The notes under the pieces are model-generated. The model saw only the letters and a list, made by a program, of their open reading frames with translations, made no database searches and was not told where the DNA came from. A stretch of DNA of 64,000 nucleotides, taken from contig NW_024704746.1 of assembly GCF_018977255.1 (NCBI RefSeq), positions 67,146,001 through 67,210,000 of the forward strand, written 5' to 3'. The stretch's first letter is position 1; each line of letters begins with the position of its first letter. A program made the translations under genes and the position numbers. This document shows, piece after piece, positions 1 to 34,329 of the stretch. Source of the stretch: Callorhinchus milii. Its lineage: Eukaryota.

Positions 1-1279
1 GTCAAATGTATTATTCTCGTTGCAAAGTGGAGTAAATCATCAGACAGGAACTCTGGCTTTCTCCTGTTGCCTTGAAACCCACAACCAGTCGGTGCAATTA
101 TAATTTTTTTTTATTCGTCTACAGTGCAACTGAAACGTGCGGAAGGAACGACGATCACTGCATTTAGAAGTACTTTGTCGTCTTTGAGTGCAAATGGGCT
201 TAACTGCATTTAGACGTCCAGGGGATGGGTTGTAAAAGCGTAACATTGTTCGACCGGCGCTAAAGGGGCTATTTGAAAAGCGAAGGGAGTTTCACTAAAA
301 CTGGTCACTCACTCCGTGACTGTTTCTATGATAATAATCCTTGCATTTGACCCGGCGCCTCATCACGTCTCCTCCACGTCTCAAAGCGCTTCACGGAATA
401 CACTGTAAAGTGAGTTGACTGCATTTCGTGGGCAAAATATTTTCCAGGACATGGCTGTCCGCAACTGGCTCCTGTGTCTTCCCCACAATCAATCCTCTTT
501 TTTAACAGTATAATCCCGTAAAGCGCTTTGAGACGTCTCGACGACGCGATCAGTCGCCGTGTCAAACGCAAGGATTATTCTTATTATTATTAACTTGAGA
601 GCTTTCCCTCCTGCACTTATTGTGTGTGTGCGCGTGCGCGCGCGCCTTTCAGCCTCAAGGCACATTCATAAAAAAACCCGCACGTATGGAGTTTGTGGCC
701 ATTCCCTTAGGAATTTGTGCAAATAAAACTTTCTTTGCACTGTGAGAGACATTGACGCATCTGTAAATGGTTACTGCAGGTGAGCCTCGGATCAATCCGG
801 GGCCCAGAGTTTGTGGGTTTCGCAGTCCCATTGACTTGGTGTGTTAACACACTGCACTGTGTGTTTCCGGAGCCATGTAGGGGGTCAGTCCGGTTGATTG
901 CTTTTCCGGGGATAATAATCCCTTCCAATAAATAAATAATGCTAATGACTTGGTCGCTTAATCCACGACTGTTTGCGGGACACTGCTGTGTGCCATTGGC
1001 TGCCACCTTCTGCCCACAAAATACACGGTCAATCCTCTTTACGGTGTAAAGGTGTGATAAAGCGCTATATTAAACACTTATTATTATTATAAATGATATT
1101 GTATCAGGAGTTTGAGCTCACTCAGGTTCTAGGACAATGCAGGGGAAGGGGAGCAAAGGGCGTTGCATCCTGTATGACACGTTTTCGATCGTTGTAGAAC
1201 CTGGTATTTACCAGGAATTTCTGACCGTTGTAAGTTCATAAATAATAACGAATCCCCTGCTCTCGTTTCTCTCGTCTAG

Positions 1280-12613
<11,334 letters not shown>

Positions 12614-12671
12614 AAGGGCTTTGAGAAATCTTTCAAGTTGCTCTCCAACAGGTGGTGGGGAGTGGTGGGGG

Positions 12672-12890
12672 GGGGTCGAACTCCAACCTTTTGGCTGCTG
12701 AGGGCCGGATTTCCTATTTGAGAAACGTACACAGGCCCCCGTAAGCGATATTTTTGTGTTTCCCTTTCAGAAACATAACATTTAGAGGTTATGGTGGGAG
12801 CGGGTGTGCCAGGTGAAATGGAGGGAGGGGGCGGATGAAATCGGCCCCTGGGCTGGATGCGGCCCGTGGGCCGCCAATTGGACCACCCCT
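12672..12890. mobile_element. Non-autonomous hAT (Charlie-like) MITE in the DHTKD1 3'UTR
   Basis: Left end GGGG..TCCAACCTTTTGGCTGCTGAGGGCC, right end GGCCGCCAATTGGACCACCCCT; homologous copies at about 9215-9410 and 13280-13385. Confidence 0.6.
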
Positions 12891-13086
12891 CAGGGCCTAC
12901 ATGCGTCTGACAGGGGAAGACACAACACTTATTGACTTTTTGTAGTTGAGACTTTATGTATTGTACACTACAGCTTTTCCCCAAAAAATTCTTCCTTGGA
13001 AAGGGCTCAAATTCTGGGTTGACTTTTCTCATGACCTTTACCTCTCCTCCGAACACGGAAAGTACTGAAACTGGCATTGGTTAAGA

Positions 13087-13092
13087 ATTAAA
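13087..13092 (+). terminator. Candidate DHTKD1 polyadenylation signal (ATTAAA)
   Basis: ATTAAA about 475 nt after the stop codon, followed by a T/GT-rich tract (ttctttgtgatttatttatctgtt). Confidence 0.45.
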
Positions 13093-13859
13093 AAAGATTT
13101 CTTTGTGATTTATTTATCTGTTCGCCATTTATTTCTTTTGCAACTAAATGACTTGTGGTCGGTTGTCTAGGAATTTGAGGATTGAAGATCCAATCGCCTT
13201 GTGTTGGAATTCACATTCTAATGTGCTTTTCATTCTTTTACTCTTCATCAAACACGACCCTAACAAATGTTCTAAGACAGGAGGGGGTCCAACTTTTTTT
13301 GCTGCTGAGGGCCGTGAGGTGGATTTGAGAAATGTCTGCGGACCGCAGAAGCAATATTGCAAAATGTGCAACAATGGCTTTTTAAAATATTTCTGTCGTG
13401 CCCCTCTTCAAGTCGCTCAACGGGACGTCTCTCAGGAGGTGGTAGGGGACACGCGGCAGGGCAGAGAATGATGGGAAGAGCATTGGAGTGGGAGGCATGG
13501 GTCAAACTCGCTGCTCCCCCGCTCTCATAAATAATCCTTGCATTTGACGTAGCGCCTTCATCGCGGTGTCGAAACGACCTCAAAGCGCCTCCCAGAATAT
13601 ACTGCAAAGTGTAGTGACTGTGTAAGTTTGAGGGCGAAACGCGGCGGCCGATCGCGGACAGCGGTGCCCCACGAACAGCCGTGGATTGTTCGACCACAAA
13701 GCGGATCAGTTCACGTCCTTCAGGTCGGGGTGAAGCTGCCCAATCCGGCCATGTTGGGTTTTGGGTGGATGGAAAGTGGGGGTGGGGGGGGGTTTGGGGT
13801 GGATGAGTGTAGTGGTCCCTTTAAATGAGGGTCCAGGTGAGGAAGGCGGGAAATTCAAA

Positions 13860-14310
13860 CGTTTGGCACGCGGCAGCGGCTGGGGTGACGTCATTCGACT
13901 TCCGGCCGGGGACCGGAAGCCGGGGGGGTGTACTGCTCGGCGTGCCCGAGGCGGCGCGGCTCCGGGGGCTCAGAGCGGACGGTGGCGCCCGTCGTGCGAA
14001 TCCGTCGCCATCCGTCGGCTTAGGGCGAAGGGAAGCCCGGGATTCGCACCGCGGGCGCGGCGTCGGCCATCGGGGACTGCGCTCGGGCCCAGATATCGGC
14101 GAACAAAAGCGCCGGTTCCCGTCCAGACACCCGGCGGTTTGAAGCCGCGCGAGCCGAACGGTTGACGTGTCCATATAAGGTCATCCCACGTGACTCGGGG
14201 CGGCCCCGCCCCCCCCCCCTCCGGCCTTGTGTCAGATTCAAGTGAAGCAAAGAGAGCGTTTGATGTGTAACCAGTGAGTGTGTGGCAGAGCCGCCCCCCC
14301 CCCCCCAGCC
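13860..14310 (+). promoter_or_regulatory. SEC61A2 CpG-island promoter / 5'UTR
   Basis: CpG-dense island directly upstream of GCCATGG. Contains CRE TGACGTCA (13886-13893), ETS cores ACTTCCGG (13898) and CCGGAAG (13913), TGACGTG (14163), CArG box CCATATAAGG (14171-14180), E-box CCACGTGAC (14186) and GC boxes. Confidence 0.75.
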
Positions 14311-24191
<9,881 letters not shown>

Positions 24192-25240
24192 AGTGCCAAA
24201 AACTCGAGAAGGATTTATTTATGTAAAAGGGAAATTTTTTTTTTTTTTTTACACACACTGCACACTTTTTGAGGGGATGTGTAAAGGGAGTCCTTTTTAG
24301 TGTTTAATCCAAGCCCTAAATCTATCTGGTTTCTCTTCCCTCCTCCCTCTGCCTCCTTCGCTTCTCTCTACCCCCCCCCCCCCACACCCCGGTGTCTCTC
24401 TCTCTCTCCTCCCTCTCCCTGACTGTCAGCCCCTTTCAGTATTGGGCATCGATGTCAACCTGTGCAGCGTACTCCCTTTATTGCCTCAAACCATTGCTGC
24501 TCTTACATACTTTACTGTCAATGCCAAAAAAAACAATGCATTCAGATAGGCATTTTTATACCCTATAGTCCTTACTTTGAATGTGTTCTCGACAACAGAA
24601 AAATGTCTGTTTACATTGTGCACTGAGTTTCAAGATTCTTTTTTTAAGGTGTTCTCCAGTGTGGGAGGGTAGAGTTGGGCAGTCAGCCGAGCAGTTGAAT
24701 CATGAATTTCAAAAGCTGCTGCACATCGTTGGAAGCGCAATTTGTTTTTAGGTGTAAAATGGCCTCTATTTTTGTGTGTGCTGTTGCTGGAATTCTCATT
24801 GCAATCAGTGTTTTTTAAATCTTTCGTATCTGCAGTGACACCAGTGAAAACCGCCCATCTTCCCCCAAGTGTTTATAGAGGTAGATCACGGGGCGAAACC
24901 ATTTTGAGTCCAGTGTTGTTTTGGCGGCAGCTGCAGCAAGTTGCAATCGTAAGCATTAATTCACTGTGAACGTGGGCTTGCACAAAGACTGGGTTGCGTT
25001 ACAGTACAGTTCAGGTCATTTCATTTGATGTATTTGCAGCAGTAATGTGAAGTGAAAATGGTCGAGCAGCAGTTAAATGTACAGTATAATGGGATGTGCT
25101 GTTCTAGTATTCAAAAGGTGCAAATGCAAACTATGTGGATTATTGGAAGAGTCGTAATTGGTGAAAATGGATGCTTTTTAATCAGATTTCTCAGCAAAGT
25201 GAGGAGATAACACTGCCTTTTGAGATTGAGTTGGAAAAGG

Positions 25241-25246
25241 AATAAA
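25241..25246 (+). terminator. Candidate SEC61A2 polyadenylation signal (AATAAA)
   Basis: AATAAA at the end of a SINE-free stretch of about 1.05 kb after the stop; ATTAAA follows at about 25258. Confidence 0.5.
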
Positions 25247-26634
25247 AAATGTTTCCATATTAAAATTCTATTGGATATCATTTTGGATTGTACTACCAAA
25301 AATAATCCTCGCTTTTGATGCAGCGCCTGATCACGTTGTTGAGATGTCTCAAAGAGGATATGTTGTAAAGTGAATTGACTATATTTTGTGGGTGAAACGT
25401 TTTCAATCAGGTTCCCTGCAAAGAAATATTGTAGAGTACAACTCTTCGACCTGGTCTACCTATCTATTCTGCAGTGGGAACAAAAAGATGTGGGATTGCT
25501 GCCTCCCTTTGATGTATGCAGTGACGCTTGTCTGAAGTACATCATTGCTAGCCCGCGAGAAATCTAATCCGAGCCGGTCTATTTCTGGAGGGGACATTTC
25601 AAACGTTGGCATAGCAACATTTCTGGTTGCCAGCAGGAGGTTTGTTATTTGACTCTGATTCCCAGCAGCGAACAGAGTGAAGCTCTTCTGATCCACTCAC
25701 CATATAACCTGCCCCATCCTCTGTACTGGAGCAAAGTTTGTCAAATTAAACTTTAGCAGCAATGTCACAGAGGGTAGGGGTGGTAAAGAAATGATCTTAT
25801 ATAATCCTTGCATTTGATACAGCGCCTTATCTCGTCTTTGAAACGTCTCAAAACAGTCTTGGAATGAGTGATCAAATTATTATTATTTAAAAAAAAAATT
25901 CTTGAGGGATTATTATCAGTAGTGTGGCAGTAAGGAAACTAGCCCAAGGTTTTGACCTGCCGGGAATTGAACCACTGTGTAGGAAGAGCAGACCAGAAGG
26001 CCTGGCTGATACCTTATATCTAGGTAGCGCGCTCAATTCTATGGCATGTGAACCCCATTGCATTGTTTTTAATGGTATTGGTCCAACAAGTGCACATATC
26101 AGGATTGTCTTGTGCAAAAATGACACCTTTTAGGCTGAACTTCTGATCAATTTTCTACACTGATACGAAAGTGAGTGCAACTGTGTGGTTTTGGTCGTGA
26201 CTACTGACAGGTTATTAAGTTGATTGAATCCACTCCCCTCCCAGCAATTACTATTTTTGATATCCCCGGCCTTAAATCGATTTCTTAACTCAAGTCCTGA
26301 AATATCAATCAGCAATTACGCACAGATAACACTACCCGCACAAGCGTCAGTGCTTGTCGTGCAATTCTGCTGCTTCACTTCGGGTAACAAAACATTTGAC
26401 ATGGAGGAGAAAAGTTGCTTTGGTGTTTGACAACAAAACATTTAGGTAAATTAGGCAGTTTGCGATTTACCCAAATAATCCATACAAATGAAATCAGGAT
26501 AACTTAGTATTGCCAGTATCCATTGTTGATCGTGGCGGTGGGGAAGGGAAGAGCAGAGAAATTGGTAAAATCTGAACAGAGGATCTCAGTTTGCATAACA
26601 TTCAGTTTCAAGAGCAGTGTTTATATTATTGATT

Positions 26635-26979
26635 ATAATAATAATCCTTGCATTTGATACAGCAGCTTATTAACATGTCGTTAAAATACCTCAAAGCACT
26701 TCAGAGTACACTGTAAAGTGAACCAATTGTATCTTGTGGGCAAAAACACAGATGGCAAATGCTCACAGCAGTCTCCCACAAACAGTCGTGGATAGAGTGA
26801 CCAAACTTTTTTTTTTAAAAAAAAAGGGATTCTTACCCCCGGAAAAGCGTTCCGCTCATCAACTTAACTTACTGCTAGGTTAACAGAGGCGTGTGGAGTA
26901 AGGAAACGTGCCTAAAGTTTCGCCCCGTCCCAGGTCCTCTGCGAGGTTAGCGCTCTAACCGATATACTACAGGACTCCA
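26635..26979 (-). mobile_element. Dominant-family SINE
   Basis: Reverse-complement tail, core and head (ctacaggactcca). Confidence 0.75.
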
Positions 26980-28968
26980 GTGTTTACAAAGCACCGTTTC
27001 TAACCACGATCTTAATCTCCAGAACGCGCACACGCTCACGAAATAACTTGCCTCAGTTTCTAAATTTGCCGTTTACAGATGACAAGTACTTGCGTTAAGC
27101 ACAACGGAGGCCGCGCTCTTCAAAACATTCACATTGCATTTCAGTCATTTGTGCCAAAGTACCATTTTGCTAAAAGTTTAATTGGGTCCATTTGTGGAAT
27201 GTTTAAAAAAAAATAATAGTGTCTTAATCCGAGCCACTAAAACTTGCAAAGCATTTATGATCACATAGTTCAGCAGTTCTGCACAAAACCTCTTCGGTCC
27301 CTCGGCTGTTTTTAACGGATACAAAAAAAAAATCACACCGGTTTGAAAAGCAAAACCCATGGAGATCGGAAAATAAGGGATGTCACAAAACAAAATTGAT
27401 TCTGAAACCGAGCAAATTGGCAAAGTAACAATAACCATAATATAACACTGAACGCTATTATCTGCTTACTTGCACAATGCTGAACACAGTTACGTGGCTC
27501 TAATATTCTACAGACTAATCGAAGTCGATATGCACACGAGGATTAGATTCCTTACCCCACCACTTTATACCAATACCCTTTCTGACCCTGGCATAATTAC
27601 TGACTCGCTCCCAATGGTACCTCCTCATTTAAATATCTCAGAGGATACTTAAACGCAGTTGTCGAGCCGATAGTGCAAGCGGTAGGTGGGTTTTATTTTT
27701 GGAACCGTTCAGAAAGTTCCTTTCAAAATAATCCAACCTTTAACCGGCTTTGGAAAGCTATCAGTTGGGCCTTATTGTAATAATCTTACGGTAAATAAAT
27801 TGGTTGCTTCAATTTACAATTGTTTATTGCACGCTAATGTGTATAATTGGCTGCTGCGTTTTGCCCACAAAATATACAGTCAATTTACTTCAGTGTATAT
27901 TCTGTGAAGCGCTTTGAGACGTCTCAAGGACGTGATAAGGCGCTGTATCATATGCAAGGATTATACTTTGAACGTGGCAGCCAATTGGGCACAGCCGTCT
28001 TCCACAAACAATTGTGCATTGAGTGACCAAATTATTTTTATTTCTTTTTGAAGGGATTATAACCCTAAGAAAAGCGATCCGCCAATCGACTTAATTACTG
28101 CTGGGTAAACAGGCGTGTGGAGTAAGGAAACTTGCCCAACGTTTCACCCTGTCTGGGAATCAAACCCAAGTCCTCTCGCTTGCGAGGCGAGCGCTCTAAC
28201 CACTGAGCTACAGAACTCCAGTTGAGCGGCAATTTCTATTGCCATGTCCCAATGATGCGACCTCCCCCCCCCCACCACTCTCCCCAGATCTGAACCAGCC
28301 GCACACTTCTGATCTCGCTCCGAGGTAGAAATTTTCAAGTTTTTTTGTTGTTGTTGCAACATTAACTTGTCCGGTCAGTTAGTCAGCCTATGCAAGCTTA
28401 TCGCTTGACCTTAATACTGGTAGTTTACATAAAGCATTGAGTTTTACAGCACAAGGTTAAAAACAATTGCAAACATGTGTCGTCGTCGTCAAATAATCGA
28501 AGGGGATTTTGAAAAAGCCTGTTTGCACTGGCGCTGAGGCACTTTAAGCTGAGCCGAGGCCTGAAATTTTACATGGTCTTAGCCTCAGGGCCATCAACTT
28601 AAATTTAAGAGTGTGCAGGATTTGGTCAAACTCTTTTAACAGTTCCGTCTTGGTTCGGAAGCCGCTTTTCCACAGACATCTTATAAAGGAAAAGTGGCTT
28701 GCAAATTAAGACAATGGTCTTAAGGTTACAGATGAGGCTGTTCATTTGACCAGCAAAAAAAAAACTGTTTGTTAATCGATACAACAGGCAGAAGATAGAA
28801 CTCAAATCTACTCAAAACTATTCTTCCTATGCGGCTTTCTGCAACACAATCCTCCACCAAGTGAGTTTCAGGTGCAGATTGAGTAGGGAGGGAGATGGAG
28901 GAAGGTTGGGGGCGGGCGGGGGTAGGAAGGAGGGAAAGGAAGAAAGGGAGGAGGGTGCCGTTGTGACT

Positions 28969-29078
28969 TCAAGCTTTCAGGACAGGCAGCATGTTTGGCT
29001 TCGAAGTTGCGTGCGTCAAACCCATTGCGTAGATATAAACCCGGGCGTCCACCATAACTTTCTCTTTCCGGACCATTT
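28969..29078 (-). CDS. NUDT5: NUDT5 terminal coding exon (TGA)
   Basis: [36 protein letters not shown]; 110 nt. Confidence 0.9.
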
Positions 29079-32000
29079 CTGGAAAATAAACGTCGACATG
29101 CCACCAATTAATAAAATGTTATTTCACCGGCTGATATACATACAATTTTCCAAATAAATGAAGTCTCTGTGGTTGCATTAAGCAGCAACTTTAGTTGGAT
29201 CAAAATTTAACTTCAAAATGGAGTCAAACTTTAGTTGCCCTCCACCCCTCCTGATCCCAGCCCCGAGCTCGGGTCCAAATCCCTAACTGTCCAGCGCCTT
29301 GGGACGTCCTACCGACGTGAAAGGCGCTGTACAAATATAATTTGTTGATGTTATCACACACACACTGCCATTCACAAATAACTCGTTTAAATAAATCCCT
29401 TGATAAGGAATTTTTTGGGGGGGGGTCTTGACAACTATGAATCATCTGGATCATTATTCCTGATGTACATACTTTATTCCCACGCAACTTGTACAGACGC
29501 CAATATTTTCCGAGAGATCTTCTATTTATTATTAATAATCATAATAATTGCATTTGATGCAGCAGCTTTCACATCAGGAGCTTTCAAAGCGCTTCACTGG
29601 ACAGAAGATACATGTCAAGTGTAGTGACTGCGTGCTGTACTCGAACGCGATAGTCGATTTGCACACGTCGCAGGGCGAGCATACCGTCAATCTTCTTCAG
29701 AAGTTCGTTCATGGGAATCAAAACAACTTCAGCAAATTCTGAGGAGACAAAGAGCTGCAATGAGATATGCCTGGCTGATCGCCACGTCGAAAGAATGACA
29801 TATGTAATACCGTTGATGAATATGATAGTCTGTCGCTATACTTAGCCATTCTGTCAAGTGTATGAAAAAGTACCTCCGTCCTCTGAAAGATTGAAAAAGG
29901 CTCCATTTTAATCCAAGTGGAAAACACAATAATAATCCTTGCATTTGATACAGCACTTTATCATGTCTTCGAGACGTCTCAAAGCGGTTCACAGATTATA
30001 GTGTAAAGGAAATTGACTATTTTGTGAGCGAAACTCAGCAGGCAATGCACACATAGCAATGTCCCACAAACAAACAGTCAGGAGGTCAAAGTTAATTGCA
30101 GGGCTCCACGTAGTATAAAATCCAAAGCTAAATATCAGACAAGTTTTATCCTTTTGAGATATTGTAAGATTTCTTAAAAAAGTTACAACCGTTAATTCAA
30201 ATCAGATGTATTAATATTTAATTATTAATTCATCGTATTAATTTATAATATATACAATAATAATCCTTTATTCGGTATAGCGCTTTTCACGTCTTCGAGA
30301 CGTCTCAAAGCGCTTCACATAATATACTGTAAAGTGAATTGACTGTGTATATTTTGTGACGAAATGCGGCAGCCAATTGCGCACAGCAGCGTCCCCACAA
30401 ACAGTCGTGATTGAATTTATTATTATGATTTTTTTTGTTGATACCCCCGATACTAAAGGCTTGGATTGTTTGCTCGCTTACCCAGTCTCTGTTTTGGTTT
30501 GATGTTTTCTGAATCATCTCCGTTAATATAAACCGTTACAAACTGTGTCGAACAGTTGGACAACCCAGGGTCCAGGCACACGACTGAAATGAAGAGAGTT
30601 CGCAGTTAAAGCCTTAGTCCTCTGCTTGTTTTGCTTTACCCCTCCCCCAATTTGCTTGCTCTTAAGTACTCCCCACCCCACATGTCCAACTAAATTATTA
30701 TTATCTTTAGATGGCAGTCTAACGTCCAAACCTGGCGATGTTCCGCTGGTCTCGCCTTTGTATCCGGTTTCTTCCAGAAGTTCCCGCACAGCAGCGCATT
30801 CTGGGGTTTCACCGTCATCCATCAGACCTGGAATTAAAAACATTATGAGACACCGCACACATACACAGCCACAACCACACAGCCACGCACACATACAGCC
30901 ACACACAGCACAAGGTTTGGCCAAACACAAAGCGAGCCTTGTCCTGCAATGTGACCACTGAGACTAGTCTAATAGTTGTCTGCAAAATAGGGTTAAAGTG
31001 GATAATTATCAGATCGAGTACTCAGTTTTTTGGGGGGAGTTGAGCTTTGAGCACCAGCTTGCGAGAGAGACTCTTATTTCTAATGAAAACCAAAAAGAAC
31101 GCACTCTTTTTTAAAGAACTATACTGTTTGACCCATGGCATAGGATTAAGGCATTCTCCCATTTTGTCCCCCATAATAGTAATTAACTAATCCTTGCATT
31201 TGATATCACGCCTTATTGTGTCTTCGAGACGTCTCAAAGTGCTTCACAGAGTATACTGCAAAGTGTAGTCACTGTGTATTTTGTGGTGGATAATTGTGTG
31301 CTGTGTCTCAGCTCAACTCTGCAGAAAGATATTAAAATAACACAGAAACCATTACATCAATGTATAGACTCTAAAAAACACAGATTAAAGTAAAATACAG
31401 ATACGGCAATAACACGGCAGATTACCTACCTGCTGGAAATTCAAGGCAGTAGCACCCTAGAGCAGGTCGGAACTGTTTTATCATGACCAAACAGTCATAA
31501 TGCAGCGTCTTTTTAAGCACAGCAAACACAGCAACTCCTGAAAAGAAATCCTTTTATTTGTAAAGTAAAACAATCTTCAAACGACGCTGAGGCTGCACTA
31601 ATTTACTCTAAAATCAACGTTTTAATAATTAGAACTACAATAATAATTCTGCCCTATAATGTCATCGAGACGTCTCAAAGTGCTTTACGGAATATATTGT
31701 AAAGTGTAGTGACTGCGTATTTTGTGGGCAAAACGCGACAGCCAATTGCACACAGACAGTCTCACAAACAGTCACGGACTGAGTGACCAATTCTTTTTTC
31801 TTTTTGAAAGGATTATTACCCCCGGAAACTGATCCCCCAATCAACTAACAGTGGATTCCTACTTACTGCTGGATGAACAGGGGCGTGTGGAGTGAGAAAA
31901 CTTGACAAAGGTTCCTCTCGCTTGCGAGGAGAGCGCTCTATCCACTGAGCTACACGACTCCACGATGGGGGAAAAAGGTCAATGAGCTGAAAATTCTCAC

Positions 32001-33896
32001 GACAGTAAAATGACATTGCTCAAAACAAAGAGCGGGGGACAGCAGACGAGATCAGAGACGGGTCAACTTTACTTCCTAACTTACCATCAGTCAGAGCATT
32101 TTGTTTTCTGGTAGTCCGTTTGACAGTTTCCCAGACTCTGTTGTGCAAAAATAAATTTAATGAGCCCGGAGACAAATACAGCAGGTCATTGAAGTGTGTA
32201 GCAGCACGCTGGCGCTGTGTATTGTGAAGACAATTCCATTTAGACATTAAGAGATATTTCCATACTATATTTAGTTATTTCTCGCCCCCATTCCCATTTA
32301 CAAGCTCCCCGCCGCCCGCCCGCCCTTATTGCTCGGGAGCTGACAGGAAGCACGTTTCTTGCGGAGTTAGCAATCAGTCACGTTGTTGCTTTCCATCCCT
32401 TTAACGTTGAGAAACTGCATACGTTAAACCTGGAGTTGTGAGATTCGCTGCTAAGCAACGGCAGAAGAGCTTGAGGGGAGAACAACAACAACAACAACAA
32501 CTACTACTACTACTTGCGTTTACACAGCTCCTTCGCTGGGGGCAGTGTCTCGGAGCCGAGCCGGTGGGGGTGGCGTAGTGGGTGGGGGGGGGCGAGGACA
32601 TGACTGTAAACACTATCGGGGATTGAAAAGCCCACAACTACCTGGAGAATCCCACCATTTTATCAATCCCTCTGCGGACTATTTGACGTGCAAGATTTGA
32701 CACCCCCTCCCAAGTCCCCTCAGGTGGAAAATGCCTCACATTTCAGCATATTACTGAAGTTGGAACCTATATAATATATACAGCCCGACAGATAATACCA
32801 AATGCAGGCAATAAAATGAAACACATTTATACCTGGTTTTGCCAGTGGGATCTTTGTAGGTTGTCTCTAAAACTTGAACCCATTTGCCTTTCATCAATAC
32901 CTAGAAATCAATGAGCGGCACATTTAATACAACAACAACAACAACTTGCACTCACGCAGCGCCTCTTCACGCGGGGCAGCGTCTCGGCAGCAACATCAAC
33001 ACACGCGGGTGCAATTTTATAACCGCCCCCTTAGCATAAAGTGTCTGTAATCTTCAATACATAGTGGGTTTTCCTAAAATATAGTCGTTCAATGCCATTG
33101 ACATCAATCCTTCACCAACTGCCCACAACCCCCCAACCCACCCCCCCCCCCCAAACAAAACACAGCAACTGAACAGTCTGGGATTTGGACCCGAGCTGGG
33201 GGTTGGGAATCAGGACGGGTGGGGGGTGCGGGTAGGAGGGTGTCCGAAGGAGCGGTCGAAGAGCAGTCTTACAGGAGGCAAGTGGGGGGTGGGGGGGAAG
33301 GCGAAGGGACTGTGGGACGGAGTTCCAAAGGGTGAAATACAAGTGCAGTCGTCGTAGGAATCAGCATTGAAAATTTCCCCGTGTCTTCGGATGTTAAACA
33401 TATTGTACTCTTTTTAAAGAAAAAAAATACAATCGTTATGATAACTTCTCAGGCGGATAAAACAGATTTCAGATCACAAATTGTATGAAAATATCAGGAG
33501 GAGCTTCTTGTGTAAATATCAAGTCAATTGAACATTTTTTTTTAAGACATCGATGTTTGTCACTGCTATAAGTGCGCCAGTAATTTTACACCACCAGAGA
33601 CAAGTTAATCACATGCTCACATCCAACATATCCACAACAAAAACCTTCAAGCCGAGGGGTGTTATTAAGTTCTCTCGGGTAAGTTGCAAGCCACGCGAAT
33701 TTATCAGTTGCATTTTCACAGGTCCAATTGCAGAATCGACCGTGTCCACCGACAAAAGCCGCAACGACGCAGCGTATACCGCCTGAAATATCTTTTACGA
33801 GGCTTCAACCCACCACTTGCCAACCGTGTGACATTTTAACTGACATGTTTTTACCTCTTCTTTGACGATCGATTGTTCGGAACTGCCCGTTTCCAT
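28969..33896 (-). CDS. NUDT5: ADP-sugar pyrophosphatase NUDT5, spliced; 9 coding exons, 213 aa
   Basis: Minus-strand exons 33896-33855, 32900-32833, 32137-32085, 31537-31430, 30827-30732, 30583-30482, 29882-29874, 29738-29685, 29078-28969 sum to 642 nt. Nudix box [23 protein letters not shown], plus [19 protein letters not shown] and VDARVY. In-frame TAA 8 codons upstream of the ATG. Confidence 0.94.
29685..29738 (-). CDS. NUDT5: NUDT5 penultimate coding exon
   Basis: [18 protein letters not shown]; 54 nt. Confidence 0.9.
29874..29882 (-). CDS. NUDT5: NUDT5 9-nt microexon
   Basis: cctttttcaatctttcag|AGGACGGAG|gtactt; gives E-D-G-E, restoring the recalled ortholog motif (G)DGEF. Confidence 0.78.
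30482..30583 (-). CDS. NUDT5: NUDT5 coding exon 6
   Basis: [34 protein letters not shown]; 102 nt. Confidence 0.93.
30732..30827 (-). CDS. NUDT5: NUDT5 coding exon 5 (Nudix box)
   Basis: [32 protein letters not shown]; 96 nt. Confidence 0.94.
31430..31537 (-). CDS. NUDT5: NUDT5 coding exon 4
   Basis: [36 protein letters not shown]; 108 nt. Confidence 0.93.
32085..32137 (-). CDS. NUDT5: NUDT5 coding exon 3
   Basis: [17 protein letters not shown]; 53 nt. Confidence 0.92.
32833..32900 (-). CDS. NUDT5: NUDT5 coding exon 2
   Basis: [22 protein letters not shown]; 68 nt. Confidence 0.92.
33855..33896 (-). CDS. NUDT5: NUDT5 first coding exon
   Basis: [14 protein letters not shown]|gtaaaa; 42 coding nt. 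Confidence 0.8.
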
Positions 33897-34329
33897 GTCT
33901 ACTGAAGGCTCCGGAGGTTAATTTCTATTTGTGCGAGGAAGGTGAATGCCAGGGAGCCTTAAGACTGCGGAGCCGATGATCTGTACGTCTTTCAATGAGG
34001 CCCAGGGACGATCTTCGTCGCCCAAGTATTCAGCTGGTGGCCCCGATGTGTTTTTTTCAATCTGTCAAATACACGGAAACATGCCATCAGTACCAAATAA
34101 TAGTAATAATAATCATTGCATTATGATGTCGCCCCCTTATCGCATCGTCGAGATGTCTCAAAGCGCTTCAAGGAACATAATAGTAATAATAATAAATAAT
34201 CCTTGCGTTTGATGCGGCATCTTATCACGTCCTCGAGACGTCTCAAAGGATATACTGTGAAATAACTTGACTGTATTTTGTGGGCACAGCAGTGGATTGA
34301 GTGAACAATTTTATTTGGGGGATTGTTGG

